DNA from: an uncultured Acidobacteriota bacterium
Lineage (GTDB): Bacteria; Acidobacteriota; Vicinamibacteria; Vicinamibacterales; 2-12-FULL-66-21
Length of the DNA: 64,000 nt
Assembly: GCA_963839705.1 (NCBI GenBank)
Contig: CAWIWL010000013.1
Coordinates: 453,950-517,949, forward strand
Reading direction: 5' to 3'
In this document: positions 50,851-59,690 of the stretch, piece by piece
Numbering within the stretch: position 1 is the first letter of the stretch
Layout of the letters: every line of letters begins with the position of its first letter
Translations under genes and position numbers: made by a program
Notes under the pieces: model-generated
What the model saw: only the letters and a program-made list of their open reading frames with translations
What the model was told of the DNA's origin: nothing
Databases searched by the model: none

Positions 50851-52839
50851 ATGAGCACGAAAGAGTACCGAAAGAAAATCGCGCAGAGCATTGCGAAAGC
50901 TCAGGCGATACGTTCGAGGTCAACCGGTTCGCAGAACGACCCCGAGCCTCTCCGCAGCATGGTCGCCAACAAGAAAGCCGCGGCGAAGACGCGCGCTGAG
51001 GCACTTGGACGCTTGATGCGCGTGGAAGGTCCAGACGTTGTTCCGGAAACGGCGCTCCAACGCCTTGCCGATCCCAAGGAATCACCGGTCGTGCGCCTCG
51101 CAGCTCTCAGGCTGTTGCAACACAAGCAGATCTTCAGCTCGGCCTCCGCCGAGTGGAGACCCGCCTATCTCGAGGCATTGAGGACGGCTCTCGATGAGCC
51201 CAAGCTGCGAAGCGCGGCCCTGGAGATTCTGTCCGGACTCAAGGACCGAAAGACTCAAGAGTTGCTGCTGGAAGGTATTCGTAAACCAAAACAGGCGCTC
51301 GTGCCCGTGGACCACGCGCTACGGCTGTTGAGCTCGGACATCCACGCCGATGTGCTCGAAGTGGCGCGGAGCCTGGCGAACGATCAACAGAGCCGCAAGA
51401 ACAAGCCCGTGTTCCTGCAGGCACTTCGTATCCTTGCGTCTGACCCGGCCTCGGTCGGGAGGCTCGAGGAGGTGCTGGCGAATGATTCCCATTCAATCGA
51501 TGCAAGAAGACTCGCGGCAACGGCGCTGAATCATCTGTCTCCTGAGAGTCTGAAATCCAAGACCGCCCGAAGCCGATCGGCAAAGGCAGGCTCCAAGACT
51601 GGACGCCCTGTCCAGACACATCGAGACTCTCCAGAGCATCCGGCGATGAAGTCGCCTGCCGTTTCATGCTGTGGTACGCGTGGCCCTGCCGCGGCTGAGA
51701 CGATCGATCTGCGCGCGCCCGAGCAGGTGCGTACGGAGGCTGACCTTATTCGCGTCGTCGAGGTCGGCCGTGGAGACAGTGCCTATACCGAGACGTTTCT
51801 CACGTTGCTCGACGAGCGTCACGCGGTCTACCAGGGCGTGGGCGCGCCAGTCGTGACCCGCATGCGTGGCGCGCTGTTGCTCGCGCTGGGGCATCGCGCC
51901 TTGCCTACGACGGCTCTGCCCTTTGTCATAGAGGAATTGGAGACCGCGCACGACGCGTGGCTGACCGCTGTCGCGGCACACGTGTTGAGGAAGTATCCCG
52001 AACCGTTGCCCTCCTTCGCCCAACCCCTGCTGTCGGCCATTCTCTACATTCGGCATCGGGATGATGTCGTGCGCTTGGCGAACTACGCCGGACACGGACC
52101 GGGCGGCGAAACCACCACTGCCATGGCTGAAGTGATGCGGACGATCGCCTGGCTGGGCCGCTGCGGGATGGACTGTCTCTCGAGCTTGGAGGATCTCGTC
52201 GCGCAGAATCCAGGCCCGGCCACGTCGGCGATGGCGGCCAATGCCATCAAAGCGATCCGCGAGGACGATCAGACGCCAGCCGCGGAATGTGGCGACAGTG
52301 AGGAGGCGCCACGTGGGACCCTCGGCGTTGCCCCGAAGGACATCTCGGGCCTGCGCCTGCAAGACCACTCGGGGGCCGAGTTGAGCTTCGCGGAAGCGTT
52401 TCATGGCCGGCCGTCAATCGTCGTGTTCTTCTACACCCGCTGCGACAACCCCGCGAAATGCCCGTTGACCATGTATAAGTTCGGCAGCTTGCAGCGGCTG
52501 TTGCAGGAATCCGCACTTGGCGATTCGATTGGGACGGCGGCGATCACCTACGACCCGGAATATGACCGCTCGGAGCGCCTGTTGCAGTATGCCCAAAGCT
52601 GGGGAGCCAAGCCGTCGCCGCTGCACCGTGTCCTTCGGACCGTCGGGGAATTCTCAACGCTCCGTGAGTATTTTGGGCTTGGGGTGAATTTCGGCGCGTC
52701 GGGAATCGTGAATCGGCACAAGCTCGAGGCCTTCGTGCTCGACACGAAAGGCCACATCGCTCACGTCGTCACTCGTCGTCGTTGGGACGAAGCGCAACTG
52801 GTACGTCTTGCGACCTCTCTAGTGGGAGCACCTTCCTAG
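50851..52839 (+). CDS. HEAT/ARM-like repeat protein fused to a C-terminal SCO1/SenC-like thioredoxin-fold domain
   Basis: The N-terminal ~260 aa have repeated ...VRLAALRLL/...LRSAALEIL/...FLQALRILA helices. The C-terminus has GRPSIVVFFYTRCDNPAKCPLT...AAITYDPEYDRSERLLQYAQSWG...IVNRHKLEAFVLDTKGHIAHV, which matches the SCO layout (Cys pair, DPxxD, conserved His). No signal or TM segment is seen. Confidence 0.65.
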   Translation: MSTKEYRKKIAQSIAKAQAIRSRSTGSQNDPEPLRSMVANKKAAAKTRAEALGRLMRVEGPDVVPETALQRLADPKESPVVRLAALRLLQHKQIFSSASAEWRPAYLEALRTALDEPKLRSAALEILSGLKDRKTQELLLEGIRKPKQALVPVDHALRLLSSDIHADVLEVARSLANDQQSRKNKPVFLQALRILASDPASVGRLEEVLANDSHSIDARRLAATALNHLSPESLKSKTARSRSAKAGSKTGRPVQTHRDSPEHPAMKSPAVSCCGTRGPAAAETIDLRAPEQVRTEADLIRVVEVGRGDSAYTETFLTLLDERHAVYQGVGAPVVTRMRGALLLALGHRALPTTALPFVIEELETAHDAWLTAVAAHVLRKYPEPLPSFAQPLLSAILYIRHRDDVVRLANYAGHGPGGETTTAMAEVMRTIAWLGRCGMDCLSSLEDLVAQNPGPATSAMAANAIKAIREDDQTPAAECGDSEEAPRGTLGVAPKDISGLRLQDHSGAELSFAEAFHGRPSIVVFFYTRCDNPAKCPLTMYKFGSLQRLLQESALGDSIGTAAITYDPEYDRSERLLQYAQSWGAKPSPLHRVLRTVGEFSTLREYFGLGVNFGASGIVNRHKLEAFVLDTKGHIAHVVTRRRWDEAQLVRLATSLVGAPS

Positions 52840-52948
52840 TCGACACACGCCTTAAGCTGCAACCTCTGAGCCGGTGGTGCTATTGTGTTGACGCGAACCT
52901 GCCTCGGCGTTCGTCCCATGCATTTTCGACAACGAAACTGACGCTCGC

Positions 52949-53905
52949 ATGAAGGCCGCTGTCCGGTCACGCTACGGTCCGCCCGACGTTCTCAGCGTCC
53001 GGGATATAGAGAAGCCGGTACCGAAGGACGGCGAGATCCTGATCCGGGTACATGCCGCCAGCGTCAACAGAAGCGACTACCACGTACTTACCGGTGTGCC
53101 GTGGCCGATGAGATGTTTCACCGGTCTTTTCCGGCCGACGCTGGCGTCGACTGGGACAGACTTTGCCGGCCACATCGAATCGACTGGTTCGAAGGTACGA
53201 CGGTTCAAGCCTGGCGAGAACGTGATGGGCTTTGGTGGAGTATTCGGGGTTGGATCGCACGCACAGTATCTTGCATTCGACGAGAGTCGTGGCGTTGTCT
53301 CCATGCCGGACAACGTGACCTACGTGCAGGCGGCCGCGTGTCTCGAAGGCGCGTACTACGCTGCTACTGGTCTGACGCAGATAAACCCGCGCGCCGGACA
53401 GAAAGCGCTCGTCTATGGCGCAACCGGCGCGATCGGATCCGCCTACGTTCAGTTGCTGAGATGCTGGGGCTTGTGTGTGACGGCCGTATGCGCTGGAGAA
53501 CATCGAGAACTCATGATCTCGTTGGGTGCTGACAAGGTGGTTGACTACAAGACCGAAGACTTCACGCGTGATACCGAGCGGTACGATTTCATCTTCGACG
53601 CGGTCGATAAGACCACTTATGGAGCCTGTCGAAAGCTGATGCAGAACGACGGTGTGTACACGTCGTCAGGCGGCTTTGAGAACCTATTCCTCGCGCTCAT
53701 CACGCGACTGCACGGGCGAAAGAGAGTGATCTTCCTCGGCCCGAAGGACATTCCCGGCAACCTGAGTTTGATCAAGGATTTGGTGGAGAAGGGACGCTTC
53801 AAACCGGTGATCGACAGACAGTACCCCATCGAAAAGATATCGGAGGCGTTTGAGTACGTCGCGACGGGCCAGAAGATCGGCAACGTGATCGTGACGATGG
53901 ACTGA
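52949..53905 (+). CDS. NAD(P)-dependent MDR-family oxidoreductase (quinone oxidoreductase / zeta-crystallin-like)
   Basis: 318 aa. The GroES-like N-domain lacks catalytic-Zn Cys ligands. Rossmann motif is LVYGATGAIGSAYVQLL and the C-terminus has ...GQKIGNVIVTMD. Confidence 0.85.
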   Translation: MKAAVRSRYGPPDVLSVRDIEKPVPKDGEILIRVHAASVNRSDYHVLTGVPWPMRCFTGLFRPTLASTGTDFAGHIESTGSKVRRFKPGENVMGFGGVFGVGSHAQYLAFDESRGVVSMPDNVTYVQAAACLEGAYYAATGLTQINPRAGQKALVYGATGAIGSAYVQLLRCWGLCVTAVCAGEHRELMISLGADKVVDYKTEDFTRDTERYDFIFDAVDKTTYGACRKLMQNDGVYTSSGGFENLFLALITRLHGRKRVIFLGPKDIPGNLSLIKDLVEKGRFKPVIDRQYPIEKISEAFEYVATGQKIGNVIVTMD

Positions 53906-53929
53906 CGTGCCTTGCCACGCCTTCTCCTT

Positions 53930-54088
53930 CGCTAAACCACCGAGTCCGCACTCAGGAGTGGCCGTTAGTGTCTCAGCCGGTGGGAGCAGCGCGTGCGTGT
54001 CCGTGAATCGTCGGGTGAGCCTCAACGCAGTCGATGCGCCCGTATCCACCAGGAGCTTCGCGGCAATCGGCGGACGCCTCTCCGGCAA
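53930..54088 (-). pseudogene. Possible remnant of a retropepsin-like aspartic protease (very tentative)
   Basis: The minus-strand frame reads ...RRPPIAAKLLVDTGASTALRLTRRFTDTHALLPP, containing the clan-AA DTGAS motif with typical hydrophobic context. There is a stop 9 codons upstream, and the downstream part runs antisense into the oxidoreductase gene. It lies just outside the putative IS end. Confidence 0.2.
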
Positions 54089-54103
54089 GCGACTAGAACG
54101 AAT

Positions 54104-54174
54104 AGGGTTTCATCCGCACTGCCACGATGATCGGCGTGAGCACCAGCCCGGACTCAGTGCGGATAAACCCTGTT
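54104..54174. repeat. 17-18 bp inverted repeat (AGGGTTTCATCCGCACTG ... CAGTGCGGATAAACCCT) downstream of the IS91 transposase gene; candidate ori-IS end structure
   Basis: The arms are reverse complements except for one missing G, with a spacer of ~36 nt. Confidence 0.6.
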
Positions 54175-54429
54175 GGACGAAGCCGCGTGGCTCGCCGTCG
54201 CAATGCTATGGGGATTGTAAGGCTGCTCGGGCGTGACGCGGTGCGACTTTCCACCGAGGGGCGCGCGCGTGGAGGGACCAGTGGGGTCGACGGTGGCGCA
54301 TGCGAGGGGCGGGCGTCCAGTCGTCAGGCCGGTGCGTTCGTTGGCGCGCGGCTCCCAGCAAGAAGCCAGTCAGAGCACGACCGACCGGACGAGCGTCCGC
54401 AATGTTCGCCGTCGGCGTGAAGACCAGCG

Positions 54430-55635
54430 TCATGAGGTATCCGGCGGCCGAATCCAAGGGACGACGATCGCGGTGATGTGCATCCGACCTTCCCCGCACA
54501 CCGGACAGCGTGCGAGGTCGACCCCGGTGACCCGCTGCAGCAGTACGGCAGCCGATTCGGGCCGGGCGTCCTCGGGCGGTGGTTGGCCGAGGAGGTCCCG
54601 GCACCGCGTCAAGGTGCCTCGCCGCGTGCGATTCGCGAGCAGGCCGAAGTGGCGAATGCGCATGAAGCCGCGCGGTACCACGTGCAAGAGAAAGCGTCTC
54701 AGGAATTCGTCGGCCTCGAGCGTGAGGACCTTCACGCGGTCGTGGTCGGCGTAGTCCTTCCAGCGGAACCGAACGCGGCCGTCGCGGTGATCGACGAGCC
54801 GATCATTGGACAGCGCCACGCGGTGGGTGTACCGGCCGAGATAGTCGAGCACCTGTTCAGGGCCGGCGAAGGGCCGCTTCGCATACACGATCCAGTCGAC
54901 GGCCCGCAATTGACCAAGGCAGACGGTGAAAGCGCGACGATCGGCCAGATCGGCGGTGCCTCCCGCGAAGGTGAGCTGCCCGGCGTCAAACGCGCGCTGC
55001 AGGCCGGCGAGATATTTTCCGCGAAAGACCCGTGACAGTGCACGGACCGGAAACAGGAACGTCGATCGACCGGCAATCCATTGTGAGCGGTCCGCCGTCA
55101 ACGCTCCGCCGGTGACCAGACAGTGCAGATGGAGGTGCTGCGAGAGATTCTGTCCCCACGTGTGCAGAATCGCCGTGAGCCCGATGGTGCCGCCGAGATG
55201 CCGCGGATCGCGCCCGAAGGTGAGCAGCGTGTCGGCGGCGGCGCGGAAGAGCAGCGTGTAGATCAGGCGCGGATTGCCCTGCGCGAGCGCGTTGAGCGCA
55301 TGGGGGAGAGTGAAGACGACGTGGAAATACGGAATGGGCAGCAGGTCGGCGCGGCGCGCCGCGAGCCACCGTTCTTTGGTCAGCGTCTGGCACTTCGGGC
55401 AATGGCGATTGCGACAGGAGTTATAGGTGATCCGCACCGCGCCGCAGCGGGCACACGTCTCCCGATGCCCGCCGAGCACGGCGGTGCGGCAGGTCTCGAT
55501 CGCGTGGAGCGCCCGGTGCTGGACGGGGGCGAGGCGATGCGTTCGACGATACACGTCGCCATGGGCGCGCACGATGTCCGCGAGCTCCAGTCGAGGACGG
55601 CTCGAGACCGCCGTGCCCGATGGCACGGCGCACAC
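54430..55635 (-). CDS. IS91 family transposase (rolling-circle Y2 HUH enzyme)
   Basis: Zn-finger CARCG...YNSCRNRHCPKCQ, HUH region LSQHLHLHCLVTGG, Y2 motif YLGRYTHRVALSN, and C-terminal CPVCG; 401 aa, GTG start. Confidence 0.9.
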   Translation of the reverse strand: MCAVPSGTAVSSRPRLELADIVRAHGDVYRRTHRLAPVQHRALHAIETCRTAVLGGHRETCARCGAVRITYNSCRNRHCPKCQTLTKERWLAARRADLLPIPYFHVVFTLPHALNALAQGNPRLIYTLLFRAAADTLLTFGRDPRHLGGTIGLTAILHTWGQNLSQHLHLHCLVTGGALTADRSQWIAGRSTFLFPVRALSRVFRGKYLAGLQRAFDAGQLTFAGGTADLADRRAFTVCLGQLRAVDWIVYAKRPFAGPEQVLDYLGRYTHRVALSNDRLVDHRDGRVRFRWKDYADHDRVKVLTLEADEFLRRFLLHVVPRGFMRIRHFGLLANRTRRGTLTRCRDLLGQPPPEDARPESAAVLLQRVTGVDLARCPVCGEGRMHITAIVVPWIRPPDTS

Positions 55636-55639
55636 AGGA

Positions 55640-56497
55640 TTAGCCCTGCGGCGGCGGCGTAAAACGCGCGAGCAGATCGAGGGCGGAGTTCGGGCCGATC
55701 TGCGCGTGCTTGGTCAAGTGGAAATACCGGGTCGTGGTCGTGATGTCGCCGTGGCCGAGCAACCGCTGAATCGTGTGGACATCGACACCGGCTTCCAGGA
55801 GGTGCGTCGCAAAGGCGTGGCGGAGTCCGTGAATCCCACCGGGCTTCGTGATCCCCGCGCGCCGCTTCGCGGCCTGATAGGCGCGCTGCAAACTGGTCGG
55901 ATGCATCGGCCGGTCGCCGCCGTGCGCCGGGAAGAGCCACACCAGCGGCCGATAGATCAGGAAATATCCCCGCAACGCCTCCAAGAGGCGCGTGGAAAGG
56001 ACCGTGTACCGATCTTTCGCCCCTTTCCCGTGCTCGACGCGAATCATCATCCGTGTTGAATCGATGTCGCGGACGTGCAGGTGGATCACTTCGTTGAGCC
56101 GTAAGCCGGCAGCATAAGTGGTGAGGAGCATCGTGCGATGTTTTCGACTGGTGGTCTGTTCGAGCACACGCTCGATCTCCTCGGGGCTCAAGACCACAGG
56201 AAGCTTGACCGGCTGACGTGGCCCGGGAATGTCGAACGTCGTCCGATCGCGCTTCAGGGTCGTGTGATAGAAAAAGCGGAGACCGTGCACGACAATGTGC
56301 AACGTGCTCCAGGATCGGTGCCGGTCGCGCAGGAGATGCCGCAAGTAGGCTTGCACTTCCTGATCCGAGATCTGGTCGGGCGACCGATGGTAGTGCCGCG
56401 CCAGTCCTTCGACCGCCCACAAGTACGTCTCGCGGGTTCGATCGGCCATCCCGCGGACCACCATGTCCTCGTCCATGCGACGACGCAATGCAGTCAT
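55640..56497 (-). CDS. Tyrosine recombinase / phage-integrase-family protein associated with the IS91 transposase
   Basis: Start at MTALRRRMDEDMVVRG. Catalytic residues appear in order: AAGLRLNEV (R), HGLRHAFATHLL (H-x-x-R) and LLGHGDITTTTRYFH (H...Y). The stop is 4 nt before the transposase start. Confidence 0.85.
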   Translation of the reverse strand: MTALRRRMDEDMVVRGMADRTRETYLWAVEGLARHYHRSPDQISDQEVQAYLRHLLRDRHRSWSTLHIVVHGLRFFYHTTLKRDRTTFDIPGPRQPVKLPVVLSPEEIERVLEQTTSRKHRTMLLTTYAAGLRLNEVIHLHVRDIDSTRMMIRVEHGKGAKDRYTVLSTRLLEALRGYFLIYRPLVWLFPAHGGDRPMHPTSLQRAYQAAKRRAGITKPGGIHGLRHAFATHLLEAGVDVHTIQRLLGHGDITTTTRYFHLTKHAQIGPNSALDLLARFTPPPQG

Positions 56498-56705
56498 GGC
56501 ACACCTCGCTGAGTGGAACGTCGTTATCGACGTTCGCCAGCGGGCATTCTGTGAGGAGGAATCGTCGTAAGGGGGGACAGTCGACGAGAACACCATGCAT
56601 CGATTACGGCGTGGAATCGATCGAAGCGATTCGGTCGGGCCTTTTCCTACCGCGATCAGCGGTTTCGTTCAACTACTGGTAGGCTGACCAGCATATCGCG
56701 GTCAA

Positions 56706-58058
56706 TCAGCCGCCTCCGCTGAGGTACACGGCGCTCGTGTCGGCCTCGACGTGGGAACCCATGATCGCAGCGGCCGCTTTGCGGGCGCTGATGACGCACG
56801 CATCGGTCATGAGGTACTTGTGCTCGCCATATCGACCAACCAGAAGCACTCCATGGTGATTCAGGAAATCCGTAATCATCTGCATCGCCGGTGCGCGGTT
56901 ATGGTCGAAGATCGGGTTTGCGTGCGGTACGAATGTCACGTTCACGTACCGCACGGCATCGGCGTGATCGACGAGGCCCATCTCGACCAGCTCAGAGACA
57001 ACCGTCGACTTGACGTTCTCGAGGTCGCTCGGGACCTCCCGGTATTCTGAGCCGTAGACCTCGGCCTGGATGCCTGAGCAGCCCGGCGGCGCATTGTTCG
57101 GCGAGAAATGCTCCGTATGGCTGATACGAACGCTCAGCTTGTCCTCGTCGTAGACATACATCCATGTCTCGGACCGTCGTGCGGGGTGGTTTACAGCGAC
57201 ATCCACCCGGAGGAAGTTCGTGCACCTGAGTTTCTCCGCCGCGTCGCGCACTGCCTGAGGAGCATCGGTAGAGAGCCGGATCAAGGACTTGAGCGGGATC
57301 GTCGACACGAGCCGCCCATACGACACGAGGGAGCCGTCTGAGAAACGAAGCCGGCGCGATCCGAACGAGACCTGTTCGAGCGCGCAATTCAGCCGGATGC
57401 TCGCGCCACGAGCCATCTTGTGTGTATACGCCAGGAACCCGCCGTGAGTGGGGTAACGCGACTCACGACCAAGGGCGTAGTGGATGGTCTGAATGCCGAT
57501 TGACGCTTTGGCCCCGGCCACGACGTCGTCGACGCTCGGCTTCATGACCCTGTTGCCCACCCACTCGGTGGCGAGATCGGCTGGCTCAACCGTCCAGTAC
57601 TTTCGGGTATAGGCGGCTGGGAACGTCTCGGCGAATACCTCACCGAACGCCTGGTGGATCCATTCGCGGTAGTTCTTTGGCATGCCATCGATGCCACGCG
57701 ACGCGAGGAAACTCTCGAGGCACGCTGACCGCAGCGGCTCGGGAACCTGATAGAGGTTGACCTGAGCGGGATGATCAATCCAGTGGCCCCGGAAGTAGTT
57801 CGAGGCCCTCGACGCCACTACTTCAAAGGCGCCGTCGACCATGTCTGCAAAAAAAGCCTGGGCGTAGGCGTTAGAGGTGAAACTGATGTGCGGCCCGTCG
57901 TCCCAGAGGAAGCCGTCCACGACCTCCGAATGCACGTGCCCGCCGTAGTAGGGCTTCTGCTCGAAAATCTGTGTGTCTTTATGCCGGAGATGGTAGGAGA
58001 CGGCAAGGCCAGAAATACCGGCGCCCAATACGGCAACCGGTATGTGCGAGGATGTCAT
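56706..58058 (-). CDS. FAD/NAD(P)-binding oxidoreductase (amine-oxidase / UDP-galactopyranose-mutase-like fold)
   Basis: N-terminal dinucleotide motif VAVLGAGISGLAVSYHL; 450 aa with a GR2-type layout and C-terminal ...LLVGRYGEHKY. Confidence 0.7.
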   Translation of the reverse strand: MTSSHIPVAVLGAGISGLAVSYHLRHKDTQIFEQKPYYGGHVHSEVVDGFLWDDGPHISFTSNAYAQAFFADMVDGAFEVVASRASNYFRGHWIDHPAQVNLYQVPEPLRSACLESFLASRGIDGMPKNYREWIHQAFGEVFAETFPAAYTRKYWTVEPADLATEWVGNRVMKPSVDDVVAGAKASIGIQTIHYALGRESRYPTHGGFLAYTHKMARGASIRLNCALEQVSFGSRRLRFSDGSLVSYGRLVSTIPLKSLIRLSTDAPQAVRDAAEKLRCTNFLRVDVAVNHPARRSETWMYVYDEDKLSVRISHTEHFSPNNAPPGCSGIQAEVYGSEYREVPSDLENVKSTVVSELVEMGLVDHADAVRYVNVTFVPHANPIFDHNRAPAMQMITDFLNHHGVLLVGRYGEHKYLMTDACVISARKAAAAIMGSHVEADTSAVYLSGGG

Positions 58059-58158
58059 CGTGATGTTAGCAACTTTCCTGAGTGTAAATCCAAGCCCACA
58101 CCCTCATCGTTGTGGTACCCAGCCTTTCAGGCGCGAGACACGAGTCGATTCGTGCCGG

Positions 58159-59622
58159 TCAGCGACGGGCCGCGGCGTCGTGCGGCTCGCCCCAGTTCCG
58201 CTCTGAGTCTGGCCCGATTGCATGTGCCGCGAGGAAATCGCGAATGGTACCGGCCGCCAACCGCCTGCCAGCCTCATTGTAGTGCGTGTCGCGGGGGAGA
58301 TAGAGATCGCCAGTGTGGGCGTGCGCACGAAAACTCGGCAAGAGATCGAGACACGTCACCCGTCGGGCGGCGCAGTATTCCATTAACACGCGTTGTGGCA
58401 GGTCAAAATCGAAGTCCTGTTCGCGCAATCCAAACGTGGTGATCAGTTCCCGTCGCAGTCCCTCGTCCACCTGCGTCTGGTCTGGATGAATCACGAGCAC
58501 GTAACGGGCGCCGCCGCTTTCAGCAACGCGGCGAATCTCGTCGAGAAGAGGGAACACCGATTGGAGGGAGCGGCGATTGACTTCCCCTCCCCTGCCCCAG
58601 TTGTTCAGCCGAAAGTGCTGCATCGCGAGAAATGTCTTCTTGGAGAAAGTACTGATTCCCGTCTGGTGCTCGCGCTCGATCGCGCGAGTCTCAGCAGAGA
58701 TCCGCCAGACCATTTCGATCCACGCTCGAAGCATGAAGTCGCGCGGCCGGTACCACGCTGCATCCGCAGCCCGATGAGTGCGAACCCCGATAAACCGATA
58801 GATGCGGTCGTCTGACAGTGTGAAGTCGTTTCCAACGAAGAAGCCGTGAACGACCAGATCCGGTGAGTAACGCATCCCGAAGCGAAGAATTCGCAACTGA
58901 TGACTGGGCTCGTGTCCGTCGATTGACAGATTGATGAGCTCAACGTGCCCATCAGCCTGGAGGCGGCGCTCGAGCAAGCGAAAGTAGTTCAATTCCGGCC
59001 CTCCCCAGATACCGAGCGAGTCCGCCAGGCCGATAAATCGGTAGGTGCCCGCAGGCTTCCGCTCTGCAACATGCTGTGGCCCCGGAATCCATCCCATATG
59101 GTCTGGCTTCCGCCTAAGGTCCATGAACTCGCGCTCAGTGGTGGGTGTAGTGGTCTGCGAGAGTAGAACGACCAGACCCTCGCTGGCAATGAAGCCGATA
59201 AGGATGGAAACGCCGGCCATCGCAAGAACAGGAAGATAGGACGAGCCAGTCGGCGACACTGCGAGTTGGCCCAATATGGCGGCGATCAAAACGAGGACAA
59301 CCCACTGGGCCGGCCTCACGATGAGGGAACGAGGCACAAAGAGATCGCACAGAAACACGATACAGAACAGGACGACGGTGAACAACAGGATCGATCGCCA
59401 GTCCCGTCTGTCCGTCAATTGCAGGAAAGAAGAACGACGGGCTCGGATCCAGAGAAGCAGGACGTTCAGACCAAAAAGTGTCCACAGGATCGAGTAATCG
59501 ACGCTGTATCGGCCGAGGACTTCCGCGCTGTCGCTCCTGTGCATCAGGAGCAGCAGAAGCGCCACTGTTCCCAACGCAGCGGCGAGGTAGCGGACACTCG
59601 GAATCGCCTTCAGCAACGACAT
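58159..59622 (-). CDS. Multi-TM protein with a C-terminal SGNH/GDSL-like hydrolase or acyltransferase domain
   Basis: Start at MSLLKAIPSVRYLAAALGTVALL. About 5 hydrophobic segments precede FIGLADSLGIWGG (block I Ser) and ...LYLPRDTHYNEAG (block V D-x-H). Confidence 0.5.
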   Translation of the reverse strand: MSLLKAIPSVRYLAAALGTVALLLLLMHRSDSAEVLGRYSVDYSILWTLFGLNVLLLWIRARRSSFLQLTDRRDWRSILLFTVVLFCIVFLCDLFVPRSLIVRPAQWVVLVLIAAILGQLAVSPTGSSYLPVLAMAGVSILIGFIASEGLVVLLSQTTTPTTEREFMDLRRKPDHMGWIPGPQHVAERKPAGTYRFIGLADSLGIWGGPELNYFRLLERRLQADGHVELINLSIDGHEPSHQLRILRFGMRYSPDLVVHGFFVGNDFTLSDDRIYRFIGVRTHRAADAAWYRPRDFMLRAWIEMVWRISAETRAIEREHQTGISTFSKKTFLAMQHFRLNNWGRGGEVNRRSLQSVFPLLDEIRRVAESGGARYVLVIHPDQTQVDEGLRRELITTFGLREQDFDFDLPQRVLMEYCAARRVTCLDLLPSFRAHAHTGDLYLPRDTHYNEAGRRLAAGTIRDFLAAHAIGPDSERNWGEPHDAAARR

Positions 59623-59690
59623 GCCGTTCAAGTGGTAAGTGATGGGCTGTCTGAGGAACCTCTCGAGTTGAGGTGGTGACGCGCTCTCGA

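Larger units (their letters stand above)
54097..56640 (-). mobile_element. IS91-family element carrying a tyrosine recombinase gene plus the Y2 HUH transposase; boundaries approximate
   Basis: Two adjacent intact genes (see below) sit between convergent host genes. There is a terminal hairpin at 54104-54174, followed on the minus strand by GTTC (GAAC 54096-54099). A small hairpin GAACGTCG-TTAT-CGACGTTC lies at 56516-56535, upstream of the recombinase. Confidence 0.6.

Noticed and set aside
54100-54240. Upstream continuation of the DTGAS protease-like frame (…GLVLTPIIVAVRMKPYSF)
   Set aside because: This stretch is the translation of the 54104-54174 inverted repeat of the IS end. It is in a different frame and interrupted by stops, so it is not evidence for a protease gene.
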